Position numbers and translations under genes: made by a program | Assembly: GCA_963765495.1 (NCBI GenBank) | Contig: CAVXWP010000004.1 | Span: 224,001-288,000, forward strand | Direction: 5' to 3' | Origin: Blastocatellia bacterium | Lineage (GTDB): Bacteria; Acidobacteriota; Blastocatellia; UBA7656 | Length of the DNA stretch: 64,000 bases | Part shown: one piece after another, positions 37,911 to 46,811 of the stretch | Layout: the number at the start of each line of letters is the position of its first letter | How positions within the stretch are numbered: position 1 is the first letter of the stretch | Notes under the pieces: model-generated | The model's database searches: none | Told to the model about the DNA's origin: nothing | The model's input: the letters and a program-made list of their open reading frames with translations, nothing else

Positions 37911-39074
37911 ATGGATAATCTTATCGCGGCCAACGTAAAGCAACGCCCCCTGCGCACAGCAGTCAGCATCATCGGCGTAGCGCTCGGCGTAATACTGGTA
38001 GTCCTGACCGTAGGGCTTGCGCGCGGCATGATGCGCGACTCAAGCGAGCGGCAGTCAAACGTGGATGCGGAGATTCGATTCTTCCCGCCCGGAAACATCT
38101 CTATTTCAGGCGGGAACCCTCTGATGCTGCCCGTGGCTTATGCGGACGCGCTCACACACGGGGTAAAGCCTACCGAGGAGGACCCGAATATCCAGCCCAA
38201 GCCGCCTGTTCCCGGAGTTATGGCCACCTCTCCCGTCGGCGAGTGGGTGCAGCCGAGCGCGGGCGGAATCGGTTTCGAGATAGTAGACGGGATTGATTAT
38301 GACAGCTTTGCCGCGACTACACCGCTGAAAATAGCCGATGGCAGAAGACTCAATTCAGCCTTTGAAGCCATAGTTGATCGTTACTACGCCGAAAACAACG
38401 TCGGCACAGATAAAAAGCCTGTGCATATCGGAAGCCGGATAACGATTCTCGGTCACGAATTCGAAATAGTTGGAATCTATGAGCCGTCAATACTTGCGCG
38501 AGTCAAGATACCGCTCAAGACTCTACAGGATTTGCTGGGCGGCGCAGACAACTGCACATTCATTATGGTCAAGACCGATACTCCTGAAATCGCTTCTCAG
38601 GTCAGGGAGGCGATCAGACAGTACTATCCCAGCCATCGCGTGATCCTGACATCAGAGTTGCCTGCGCTCTTTTCCCAGGGGTTCAAGCCCGTAGAGGTCT
38701 TCCTCGATGTGGTTATCGGCCTTGCGATAGTCATCAGCACGCTCGTCATTTTGCTTGCGATGTACACTACGATAATCGAGCGCACCCGCGAGATCGGCAT
38801 ACTAAAGAGCCTCGGCGCGTCAAAGTCTTATATCATCCTGACAATCGAAAAAGAGGCGGCGTTGATCAGCGTCCTGGGCATAGTCTGTGGATTCATCATC
38901 GCGCTCGTAAGCAAATATGGGATCGAGGCCAATACGAGGCTGACGATTGACATACAATGGAAATGGCTTTTGATCTCTGCGCTCATAGGTTTGCTCGGCG
39001 GTGTACTGGGGGCGCTCTATCCGGCAATGCGCGCAGCCAATCTCGACCCGGTCGAGGCATTGAGCTATGATTAG
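37911..39074 (+). CDS. ABC permease, FtsX/LolC-E type
   Basis: N-terminal TM, periplasmic domain, ERTREIGILKSLGA, YPAMRAANLDPVEAL. Confidence 0.92.
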   Translation: MDNLIAANVKQRPLRTAVSIIGVALGVILVVLTVGLARGMMRDSSERQSNVDAEIRFFPPGNISISGGNPLMLPVAYADALTHGVKPTEEDPNIQPKPPVPGVMATSPVGEWVQPSAGGIGFEIVDGIDYDSFAATTPLKIADGRRLNSAFEAIVDRYYAENNVGTDKKPVHIGSRITILGHEFEIVGIYEPSILARVKIPLKTLQDLLGGADNCTFIMVKTDTPEIASQVREAIRQYYPSHRVILTSELPALFSQGFKPVEVFLDVVIGLAIVISTLVILLAMYTTIIERTREIGILKSLGASKSYIILTIEKEAALISVLGIVCGFIIALVSKYGIEANTRLTIDIQWKWLLISALIGLLGGVLGALYPAMRAANLDPVEALSYD

Positions 39075-39211
39075 TGATCCGTGATGCGTGATTTTCAAGG
39101 AACTCGGCTGGTAATGACAAACTGCAAGCCTGGTAAATCACGAATCACGAATCACTAACCATGGATCACGAATCACGGATCACGGGTCGCGCATTGCGGA
39201 TCGCGGATCAG
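39074..39211. repeat. Family A heptamer element, copy 4 (long right arm)
   Basis: 3 left units, ~40 nt spacer, 11 phased right units that decay towards the next ATG. Confidence 0.92.
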
Positions 39212-39216
39212 AAATT

Positions 39217-39924
39217 ATGAAACCAGTTCTCGAAACAATCGATCTTAAGATGATCTATCACGTGGGCAAGGTCGAAGTGCCCGCTCTCAGAGGCTTGAAC
39301 GTAATTGTAGGCCAGGGCGAATACGTCGCCATCATGGGGCCTTCCGGTTGCGGCAAGTCTACGTTTTTGCATATCGTCGGAGGGATGTTGCAGCCCTCAT
39401 CGGGGCGCGTACTGATTGACGGCGAAGATCTGACGCGGATGAGCGACGCCGAGCGCACCGATTTGAGACGGCGCAAAATAGGCTTTGTTTTCCAGAGGTT
39501 CAACCTCTTCCCCACACTCACGGCCGAGGGCAACTTGAAATTGGCCGAGCGAATCTACGCTAACAGGGCAAACGGCGGGGATGCTGCGCGCAGGCGAGAG
39601 GTACTGGGGTTGCTCCGACTCGAAGATAAGATGAATCACAAACCGCTCGAACTGTCGGGCGGCGAACAGCAACGAGTAGCCATCGCCCGCGCCATAGTCA
39701 ATCGCCCGGCGATTTTGCTCGCCGACGAACCTACGGGCAATCTTGACAGCGAGAATTCTGAGATCGTGCTGAATATGCTCAGAGGGCTCAACGAAGAATT
39801 CGGGCAGACGATTGTAATGATCACGCATAACCCGGAAGCGGCATCGCGGACTGATCGAGTGATCGAGATGCGCGACGGACACGTGATAAAGGCAGACGCG
39901 CCTGTACAGGAGATCGGAAAGTGA
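39217..39924 (+). CDS. ABC ATP-binding protein (LolD type)
   Basis: [30 protein letters not shown]. Confidence 0.95.
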   Translation: MKPVLETIDLKMIYHVGKVEVPALRGLNVIVGQGEYVAIMGPSGCGKSTFLHIVGGMLQPSSGRVLIDGEDLTRMSDAERTDLRRRKIGFVFQRFNLFPTLTAEGNLKLAERIYANRANGGDAARRREVLGLLRLEDKMNHKPLELSGGEQQRVAIARAIVNRPAILLADEPTGNLDSENSEIVLNMLRGLNEEFGQTIVMITHNPEAASRTDRVIEMRDGHVIKADAPVQEIGK

Positions 39925-40253
39925 AGATTATCTGGAAAACGCTGAAAGGGGTTCTGTTCTGGTCTTATGATCGCGGAACCTGGCAGTATGACATTATGTG
40001 CGTGCTGATTCTGGCTTTCATCTTTTTTGGACCCAACAGCGTGTTCCGATCAAAAGCCTCCGAGCCTGCTACGGTCTCAAGCCCGCAGTTTGTCACACGC
40101 GAAGAGGTGGGACAGCCTGACCAGAGTCATATCGAAGAGGAGGTGACAGGCTACCTGTCCCGCAAGTATGGACGACAGGTAACCGTTTCGCGCATCGAGC
40201 CGATGATGGATCAATCGGGCAATGTGAGCGGTTATCTGGCAACAGTGAAATAG
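39921..40253 (+). CDS. Small single-TM hypothetical protein
   Basis: GTGA-coupled; [24 protein letters not shown]. Confidence 0.75.
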   Translation: MKIIWKTLKGVLFWSYDRGTWQYDIMCVLILAFIFFGPNSVFRSKASEPATVSSPQFVTREEVGQPDQSHIEEEVTGYLSRKYGRQVTVSRIEPMMDQSGNVSGYLATVK

Positions 40254-40280
40254 AGTTTCAAACAGACAGAGGGTTCAAGG

Positions 40281-40964
40281 ATGAAGCGAATCAGTATTTT
40301 CTTTCTGGCTGCCGCGTTTTTTGTCGCAGCCTCGTTTTCAAGTTCGAGCGCCGCACCAGACGGGCAACTCGACCAGATACTCGCCGAGATGCAAAAATCC
40401 GGGAGGGCGATAAAAGCGGTTTTCGCCAATATGACTCAGGAGAAGAAGAACACCGAAATAGGCGGCAAGCCCGAACGCTATAGCGGCCAGTTGTTTTTCA
40501 AACGCGTAGGACCGGGCAAGGATAAGGCGCTGATCAAATACAAGGTCCCAAACGGGCAGGTGGTTTCGGTCTCAGGTGATGAGATAATCCTATACCAGCC
40601 GCAGTTGAATCAGGCATTCATCACATCGCGAAGGAAACAGGCTTCAAAAAATAAGGAGCTTTCCTTTATCGCAACGCCATATAGCTCGATACCCGAACTC
40701 AAGAGCCAGTACGATATTTCCTTGAAGAGCGACAGCGCCTCGACGGCTGTGCTGGAGCTCAGACCGAAAGCAAAATCATCGGTCAAGTTGCTGACCATGT
40801 GGGTAGACAAATCCATTTGGCTTCCAACCAAATACGTGGTTGAAGACCAGACCAGCATCTCTACCTTTACACTTAGTGATCTGAAGACAAACGGCTCAAT
40901 GGCCGACAGTATTTTCAATATCAGAAGCACCTTGCCAAAAGGCACAAAGGTGAGCAATCAATAG
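40281..40964 (+). CDS. LolA-like periplasmic lipoprotein carrier
   Basis: Signal peptide; ANMTQEK...SGQLFFKR...LYQPQLNQA...LELRPK...MWVDK pattern. Confidence 0.8.
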   Translation: MKRISIFFLAAAFFVAASFSSSSAAPDGQLDQILAEMQKSGRAIKAVFANMTQEKKNTEIGGKPERYSGQLFFKRVGPGKDKALIKYKVPNGQVVSVSGDEIILYQPQLNQAFITSRRKQASKNKELSFIATPYSSIPELKSQYDISLKSDSASTAVLELRPKAKSSVKLLTMWVDKSIWLPTKYVVEDQTSISTFTLSDLKTNGSMADSIFNIRSTLPKGTKVSNQ

Positions 40965-40996
40965 CGGCAAGGTGAATTTATTTGAAGTCATCCGAG

Positions 40997-41025
40997 AGGC
41001 TCCCCGAAGGGGGCCTTTCTTCTTT
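40997..41025 (+). terminator. Intrinsic terminator
   Basis: AGGCTCCCC-GAA-GGGGGCCT then T-rich run. Confidence 0.65.
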
Positions 41026-41029
41026 CCCT

Positions 41030-41626
41030 TCACCCGTAAAGGAGCGTGACAAGCAGCGCAAGCCCACCCACAGCAATCGTCCAGAAGGCAAGCTCATCCA
41101 TAATGACGCGCCCGCGCGACAGACCGGGATTTGCCTCTCTCATCTGGCGATGAATTGCCGACAATGCGGAATGGGCCATAAGGATGCCGAACACGAGCGC
41201 GCCAAGCGACATCAGCCTGAGCGGCCAGAGAAAGAAGACCCACTGCATCTCTACAAGCATCAGCAACCCGAATCCGACCACAAGGCACGCAGCCGCGCTC
41301 GTCAGAAGTCCGGCAAGGTCTCCATCCCCGACCGGTATTTTCAGGGTTCCCGCCCTTGAGGCGGCCTCCGGGTCATAGGCTATCGAAGAGCCATAAACAG
41401 GTCGGGAAACAGGGCGTCGCTCGGCATCGTAAGCCTCGCGCGTTTCCGGGTCGCTCAGAACCTCGCGGGCCTCGTTGAGAGCCTTCATATCCTCTTCGCT
41501 GCCGCCGCCGTCGGGGTGGTGCGTGCGTGCCTGCAAGCGGTAAGCGCGGTCTACATCTTCCTTGCTCGCATCCTCGCTGATCCCGAGCAACCTGTAATAA
41601 TCCTTTGTCGAATCGTATTTTCGCAT
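41030..41626 (-). CDS. J-domain membrane protein
   Basis: DYYRLLGI...HHPD...NEAREVLSDP...YD; three C-terminal TM segments. Confidence 0.88.
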   Translation of the reverse strand: MRKYDSTKDYYRLLGISEDASKEDVDRAYRLQARTHHPDGGGSEEDMKALNEAREVLSDPETREAYDAERRPVSRPVYGSSIAYDPEAASRAGTLKIPVGDGDLAGLLTSAAACLVVGFGLLMLVEMQWVFFLWPLRLMSLGALVFGILMAHSALSAIHRQMREANPGLSRGRVIMDELAFWTIAVGGLALLVTLLYG

Positions 41627-41717
41627 CTCTCAACTTGCCGGTCATTATAGCCATCGTGTGATAGAAATAGAATAGCCGGGGTCGTTGGGCTTCCAAAATG
41701 TAGGCGAGGAAAATGGG

Positions 41718-41819
41718 AATAGGCCGGGACGGACGCGGATGCGGCGGATTTTCGCGGATCTGAACTTATATGAGCTAATCCGCGTAGATCCGCTCAATCC
41801 GCATCCGTCCCGGCCTATT
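41718..41819. repeat. Family F element, copy 3
   Basis: AATAGGCCGGGACGGA...TCCGTCCCGGCCTATT. Confidence 0.92.
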
Positions 41820-41884
41820 TCTATTGCCCTATTTTATGCTTCGTTCTATGCGGTCATCGAATCTTTCGTGTTATATTGGCTTTT

Positions 41885-43375
41885 ATGGCAGCTACACCAA
41901 GAGACGCGGCAGCGATAATACTGCTCAAAGATAAATCGGATCCGAAAGTGTTCTGGGTCAAACGCAACCCGAAGCTCATGTTCATGGGCGGCTTTCATTC
42001 TTTTCCCGGCGGCCAGTTGGATAAAGAAGACTCAGGAATCCGTGTCGCCAATTGCGAAACGGAAGGCGAAGCCTCAATGCGAGCATGTGCCGCGCGCGAA
42101 TTTTTTGAAGAAGCGGGCGTGCTGCTTGCTCGCGGAGCCGAACGCCTCGCGCCCGGGCAGTTAGAGGAGAAACGGCGAGCGATTGCCGAAAAGAGTAAAT
42201 CATTCAAGCAAATCCTCGAAGAGGATAACCTTGAACTGGACGGCTCCGCCTTGATCCAAACAGGGCGATGGGTGACTCCGCCGTTTGCGCCCCGGAGGTT
42301 TGATACGTGGTTTTTTCTTGGCTGGCTCCCCGAAGGCCAGGAACCTTTTGTCGAACCGGGCGAGCTTGAGATGGGCGAATGGATTCGCCCATCCGAGGCT
42401 CTGAAGCTGTGGAAACAAGGCGAAATCATCATGGCTCCGCCTACGCTTCATATCATCAAAACACTTGCGGAATACTCCGACCGTCTGGACGAACTGCCTG
42501 CCGCGCTCACGGCGCTGCCGGAAGCCCGCCGGGGGCAGGTCAGACGCATCGAGTTCAAACCGGGCATATTTCTTTTCCCCGTTGAAACCCGTACCCTTCC
42601 GCCCGCTACACATACGAATTGCTATATCGTAGGCGGCAGCGAAGTCATCATCATCGATCCGGCTTCACCGTTTGAGGAAGAACAAAAAGCCCTCGACGAA
42701 TTTATTGATTCGCTTCTAGCCGAAGGCCGAAGGGTGCGCGAAATCTTTATAACTCATCACCACCCCGACCACGTCGGGGGGATCAATCACCTGAGCCAGC
42801 GCCTCGGCGTACCTGTCGCAGCTCACCCGCTCACGGCTGAAAGGCTGCGGGATTCGGTCAAGGTAGATCGCTTCGTAGAAGATAACGAATTGATCGAACT
42901 CGACGGAGAGCCAGCCCTGAGGTTGCGCGCCTTGCATACGCCCGGCCACACTCGCGGCCACCTCTGTTTTTATGAAGAGGGGATGGGGGCTATCTTGACA
43001 GGCGATCTGATTGTGGGGATCGGGACCGTAGTGATTGATCCGCCCGAAGGCAACATGCAGCAGTACTTCGATTCGCTAAACAGGTTGCTCGAACTTCCGA
43101 AACTCACATCGCTTTTTCCCGCGCACGGCCCGGCCATCGGCTCGGCCCGGGCGAAGATTCAGGAATACATAGATCATCGTCTGATGCGCGAAGACAAGAT
43201 ACTGGATGCAGTGCGAGCGGGCGCTTCGACGCCACACGAGATAGTCGAGGCCGCCTACACCGATGTGTCGCCTTCGCTTTACTGGCTGGCTGAACGCTCG
43301 ACCGTCGCTCATCTGGAAAAACTGGAAACCGAACGCCGCGTGAGTAAAACCGATGGAGGTCAATACCAAATCTAA
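41885..43375 (+). CDS. NUDIX + metallo-beta-lactamase (LACTB2-like) fusion
   Basis: FPGG...CAAREFFEEAG, WVTP...RRFDTWFF; THHHPDHVGG, TPGHTRGH, TGD, PAHG; wHTH-like end AHLEKL. Confidence 0.9.
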   Translation: MAATPRDAAAIILLKDKSDPKVFWVKRNPKLMFMGGFHSFPGGQLDKEDSGIRVANCETEGEASMRACAAREFFEEAGVLLARGAERLAPGQLEEKRRAIAEKSKSFKQILEEDNLELDGSALIQTGRWVTPPFAPRRFDTWFFLGWLPEGQEPFVEPGELEMGEWIRPSEALKLWKQGEIIMAPPTLHIIKTLAEYSDRLDELPAALTALPEARRGQVRRIEFKPGIFLFPVETRTLPPATHTNCYIVGGSEVIIIDPASPFEEEQKALDEFIDSLLAEGRRVREIFITHHHPDHVGGINHLSQRLGVPVAAHPLTAERLRDSVKVDRFVEDNELIELDGEPALRLRALHTPGHTRGHLCFYEEGMGAILTGDLIVGIGTVVIDPPEGNMQQYFDSLNRLLELPKLTSLFPAHGPAIGSARAKIQEYIDHRLMREDKILDAVRAGASTPHEIVEAAYTDVSPSLYWLAERSTVAHLEKLETERRVSKTDGGQYQI

Positions 43376-43943
43376 AGATACGGGCCAAATCGTCATTCCA
43401 CAAAACACGCTTGTTGTGCTCGTAGGTCCCGCCGGATGCGGGAAGTCTACATTCGCAGCAAAACATTTCGTGCCCACCCAGATAGTCTCTTCCGACCAGT
43501 GCCGCGCCCTGGTTTCTGATGATGTGACAAATCAGGGCGTATCTCATCACGCATTCGATCTGATGAATTTTCTGATCAAAAAGAGGTTGCTGCTCGGTCG
43601 TCTCACCGTGGCCGACGCCATGAATATTGATCCCGTCAATCGTAAGCGGCTCGTGAGATTTGCGCGATGGTTCCGGTTTCGCTCGCTCGCTCTGGTCTTC
43701 AAGATACCGCTTGAGACCTGTCTTGCCAGAAACGACGCGCGCGACCGCAGGGTGCCGAAAGACGTTTTGTTAAAGCAGTACAAATTATTTGAGAGCGCCC
43801 GGCACACCATCGGACAGGAAGGGTTCAATGATCTCTTTGTGCTTGATGAAACGGCTCAATCCGAGACGAGCATCGAGATCGCGCCGCCCTACAATCACCC
43901 TGTCAATCGCCCGCCTGCGCAATCGGCTCGTCAACAGGAATAG
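43353..43943 (+). CDS. P-loop kinase (AAA_33, Pnkp kinase-domain-like)
   Basis: [46 protein letters not shown]. Confidence 0.85.
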   Translation: MEVNTKSKDTGQIVIPQNTLVVLVGPAGCGKSTFAAKHFVPTQIVSSDQCRALVSDDVTNQGVSHHAFDLMNFLIKKRLLLGRLTVADAMNIDPVNRKRLVRFARWFRFRSLALVFKIPLETCLARNDARDRRVPKDVLLKQYKLFESARHTIGQEGFNDLFVLDETAQSETSIEIAPPYNHPVNRPPAQSARQQE

Positions 43944-45765
43944 GCGGCCACAGCGCGCGCCGCCATTTCAACATAGCATCTATCAGGACTATCACCACGC
44001 AAGTCATCATGATCGCCGTAAGCACCGTGTTCAGGTATCCGCGAAAGGCCGTAGCCGGATTTGCGGTCTCGGCAAGAAAATTGTCGAAAATCGAGCGCCA
44101 CCCTGCGGTCAGCGTTATCGTAGCGACAAAGACCATAGGCAGAGCCGTCACCCACGCATAACGCGCGCGGCCTTCGTTTATGATGACCGATGTCCCCACG
44201 GCCAGGGCTATCGCGGCGAGCAGTTGATTGGCTATCCCAAACATAGGCCAGATAGTCGAAACCGACCCGGTACGGATGAAATAGACCCAGCCAAAGACGA
44301 CAAGCACGGTCGTCAGGATCGCGCCCGGCATCCAGTCGGGCCGCTCCAAAGGCTCATAGAGCCTCCCCATAAACTCGCCTACCATGAATCGAGCGACACG
44401 TGTGCCCGTGTCTATCGTAGTCATGATGAACAGGGCCTCAAACATAATGGCGAAGTGATACCAGTACTTCATAAGCCCGCGCATGCCGGGCAACCCTGAA
44501 AAAATCTGAGCAATGCCTACGGCGAGCGTTACCGCGCCGCCCGTTCTCCCCTGTAGATTTTTTTCGCCCGTCTCCGCGGTAAGCTCCGCGAGTTTTTGCT
44601 CTCTGAGATCGAAACCTTCGGAACTGTGAGTCTCTACGAACGCGGCGTAATCGGTCCGCGTCCTATCCACATTGATCGAGAAATAATCGCCCGGCAGCAG
44701 CGACGTAGCGGCCACAAGCGCCACCACTCCTACGAGGCCCTCCATAAGCATCCCGCCGTAGCCGATCACCCTCGCGTCGGATTCGCGATTCAGCATCTTT
44801 GGCGTGGTGCCTGAACTGATGAGCGAGTGAAACCCTGAGATGGCTCCGCAGGCGATTGTTACAAAGACAAAAGGAAAGAGCTTGCCCGGAATGATAGGCC
44901 CGCCTCCCGACGCAAAAGGCGTGATCGCGGGCATGTGAAGTTGCGGCGCGACAAACAGGACCCCGATTATGAGAAACGCGACCGTGCCGATCTTCATAAA
45001 CGAACTCAGATAATCGCGCGGGCACAGAAGCATCCAGACGGGCAGGACCGAAGCGATAAAGCCGTACCCGGCCATCATGTATGTGATCGTCCTCTCCGAG
45101 AATGTGAAGTTCGGAGCAAACGAGGATTCGGCTATCCATCCGCCTAGTATGACCGCAAGGAAGAGACCTATCACGCCAATCGTCGTGGCTTCCTTGATCC
45201 TGCCCTTGCGGAATCGGTACATGTAAAACCCCATAAAGAGCGCGAGCGGGATTGTGAACCCCACGGTGAAGGTGCCCCAGGGACTCTCTGCGAGCGCCTT
45301 GACCACGACAAGACCAAGTCCGGCAAGCGCAATAACAACTATGAAAAGGATGGCAACGCCCGTGATGACGCCCGAAAGCGGGCTGATTTCCGTGCGGGCG
45401 ATCTCGGCAAGCGATTTGCCGCGACGGCGCACGCTTGAGACAAGTATGACGAAATCGTGTACGGCTCCGCCGAGGACTACACCTATTACAAGCCAGAGGA
45501 GCCCGGGCAAAAAGCCAAACTGTGCCGCAAGCACCGGCCCTACGAGCGGGCCCGCGCCGGAGATCGCCGCGAAGTGATGCCCGAACAGGACCCATTTATT
45601 TGTAGGGTAGTAATTATGCCCGTCGTTGAAGGTATGAGCCGGTGTAACACGCGAATCATCAAGCGCCATAACCTTTGCGGCGACGAAAGCGCTATAATAG
45701 CGATACGCGATGGCCAGCACGCATAACACGCCTATCATAATCGGGAGTGCGCTGATCTGACTCAT
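43903..45765 (-). CDS. cstA: Carbon starvation protein A family transporter
   Basis: TPAH...[45 protein letters not shown]. Confidence 0.95.
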   Translation of the reverse strand: MSQISALPIMIGVLCVLAIAYRYYSAFVAAKVMALDDSRVTPAHTFNDGHNYYPTNKWVLFGHHFAAISGAGPLVGPVLAAQFGFLPGLLWLVIGVVLGGAVHDFVILVSSVRRRGKSLAEIARTEISPLSGVITGVAILFIVVIALAGLGLVVVKALAESPWGTFTVGFTIPLALFMGFYMYRFRKGRIKEATTIGVIGLFLAVILGGWIAESSFAPNFTFSERTITYMMAGYGFIASVLPVWMLLCPRDYLSSFMKIGTVAFLIIGVLFVAPQLHMPAITPFASGGGPIIPGKLFPFVFVTIACGAISGFHSLISSGTTPKMLNRESDARVIGYGGMLMEGLVGVVALVAATSLLPGDYFSINVDRTRTDYAAFVETHSSEGFDLREQKLAELTAETGEKNLQGRTGGAVTLAVGIAQIFSGLPGMRGLMKYWYHFAIMFEALFIMTTIDTGTRVARFMVGEFMGRLYEPLERPDWMPGAILTTVLVVFGWVYFIRTGSVSTIWPMFGIANQLLAAIALAVGTSVIINEGRARYAWVTALPMVFVATITLTAGWRSIFDNFLAETANPATAFRGYLNTVLTAIMMTCVVIVLIDAMLKWRRALWPPIPVDEPIAQAGD

Positions 45766-45777
45766 TTGATCGTCCCC

Positions 45778-46032
45778 TCAAGCATCAATCTTCAGTCGTT
45801 TCAGAAACTGGCGATCATCGGCGGTGAAATCTTTCTCGGCAGGCGCTTCTGTATCCTCTTTGCGAGACCGCCGGTCCTCGACTGCTATGTTGGCCTCAAG
45901 CATAAGGTAGACTTCGTAACCTGAATCCCTTATGGCCTGCATGATGGCTTCGACTCGCGGGGACCCCGTAACAGTCTCGCTTATGACATCGCCGAGTTCC
46001 TGGAGTAAACCCTTAACTCTTTCTTCCACCAT
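45778..46032 (-). CDS. Small hypothetical protein
   Basis: GAGGGG SD; ends FTADDRQFLKRLKI. Confidence 0.7.
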   Translation of the reverse strand: MVEERVKGLLQELGDVISETVTGSPRVEAIMQAIRDSGYEVYLMLEANIAVEDRRSRKEDTEAPAEKDFTADDRQFLKRLKIDA

Positions 46033-46158
46033 ATACCCTCGCTTTTTGCTGAGATTATTTGCAACGACTGCTATTGCCCCTGATGCTACTGTCTGAGACA
46101 CCGTATGTCAACGCTGCGTTACGCATTTTGTGCTAGCATCAAAATGAGACTAATCGTT

Positions 46159-46752
46159 ATGTTTTTGCTGTCGAAACCCTCAGAAGATCAGATCAGGGAG
46201 TTTATCAAAGCGCAACAGCGGAAGCCGTTTTCATACCCTGATATAGGCGCTACTATCCTGAAACCTCCCGCCGGATACAAGGTTGATCATAATCGCGCAA
46301 GGCTCGGCGAAGGCGGCAAGACCTTTGCCCGCGCCGTTGAAGCCCTGAAAGAGTGGAAAATGTTTGACCTCGGATGGGTCGAGCTTTTCCGGCTCGACCC
46401 GCCCGACAATTCCATAAGGGCAGGTGAAACCCTTGCCGTGCTGATTCATCATTACGGCCTCTGGTCGCTGAATTCCACTCGTATTGTTTACGTCGTGGAA
46501 GAAGATCTTCCCGCGCGAAGATTCGGATTTGCATACGGCACGCTGCCCGAACACGGCGAGCGGGGCGAAGAGAGATTCACTATCGAGTGGAGGCGCGATG
46601 ATGATTCGGTCTGGTATGATCTGCTGGCCTTCTCGCGGCCTCAACACCTGCTTGCGAAAGCGGCTTACCCGCTCGTACGAAGGCTTCAGAAACGCTTTGC
46701 CCGCGATTCTCTTCGCCGTATGGTTGACACCGTGGCGGGCAATCTGAGATAA
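46159..46752 (+). CDS. DUF1990 (UPF0548) protein
   Basis: FSYPDIGAT, FGFAYGTLPEHGERGEERF, AFSRP. Confidence 0.9.
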   Translation: MFLLSKPSEDQIREFIKAQQRKPFSYPDIGATILKPPAGYKVDHNRARLGEGGKTFARAVEALKEWKMFDLGWVELFRLDPPDNSIRAGETLAVLIHHYGLWSLNSTRIVYVVEEDLPARRFGFAYGTLPEHGERGEERFTIEWRRDDDSVWYDLLAFSRPQHLLAKAAYPLVRRLQKRFARDSLRRMVDTVAGNLR

Positions 46753-46811
46753 GCGACCAGTGGAAAGGCGTTTCGCTTTTTATCCATCAACACGTTTTTT
46801 AAGGAGGAAGG

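Noticed and set aside
44663-45595. 310 aa alternate-frame ORF inside cstA
   Set aside because: Arg-rich off-frame product typical of GC-rich coding DNA.
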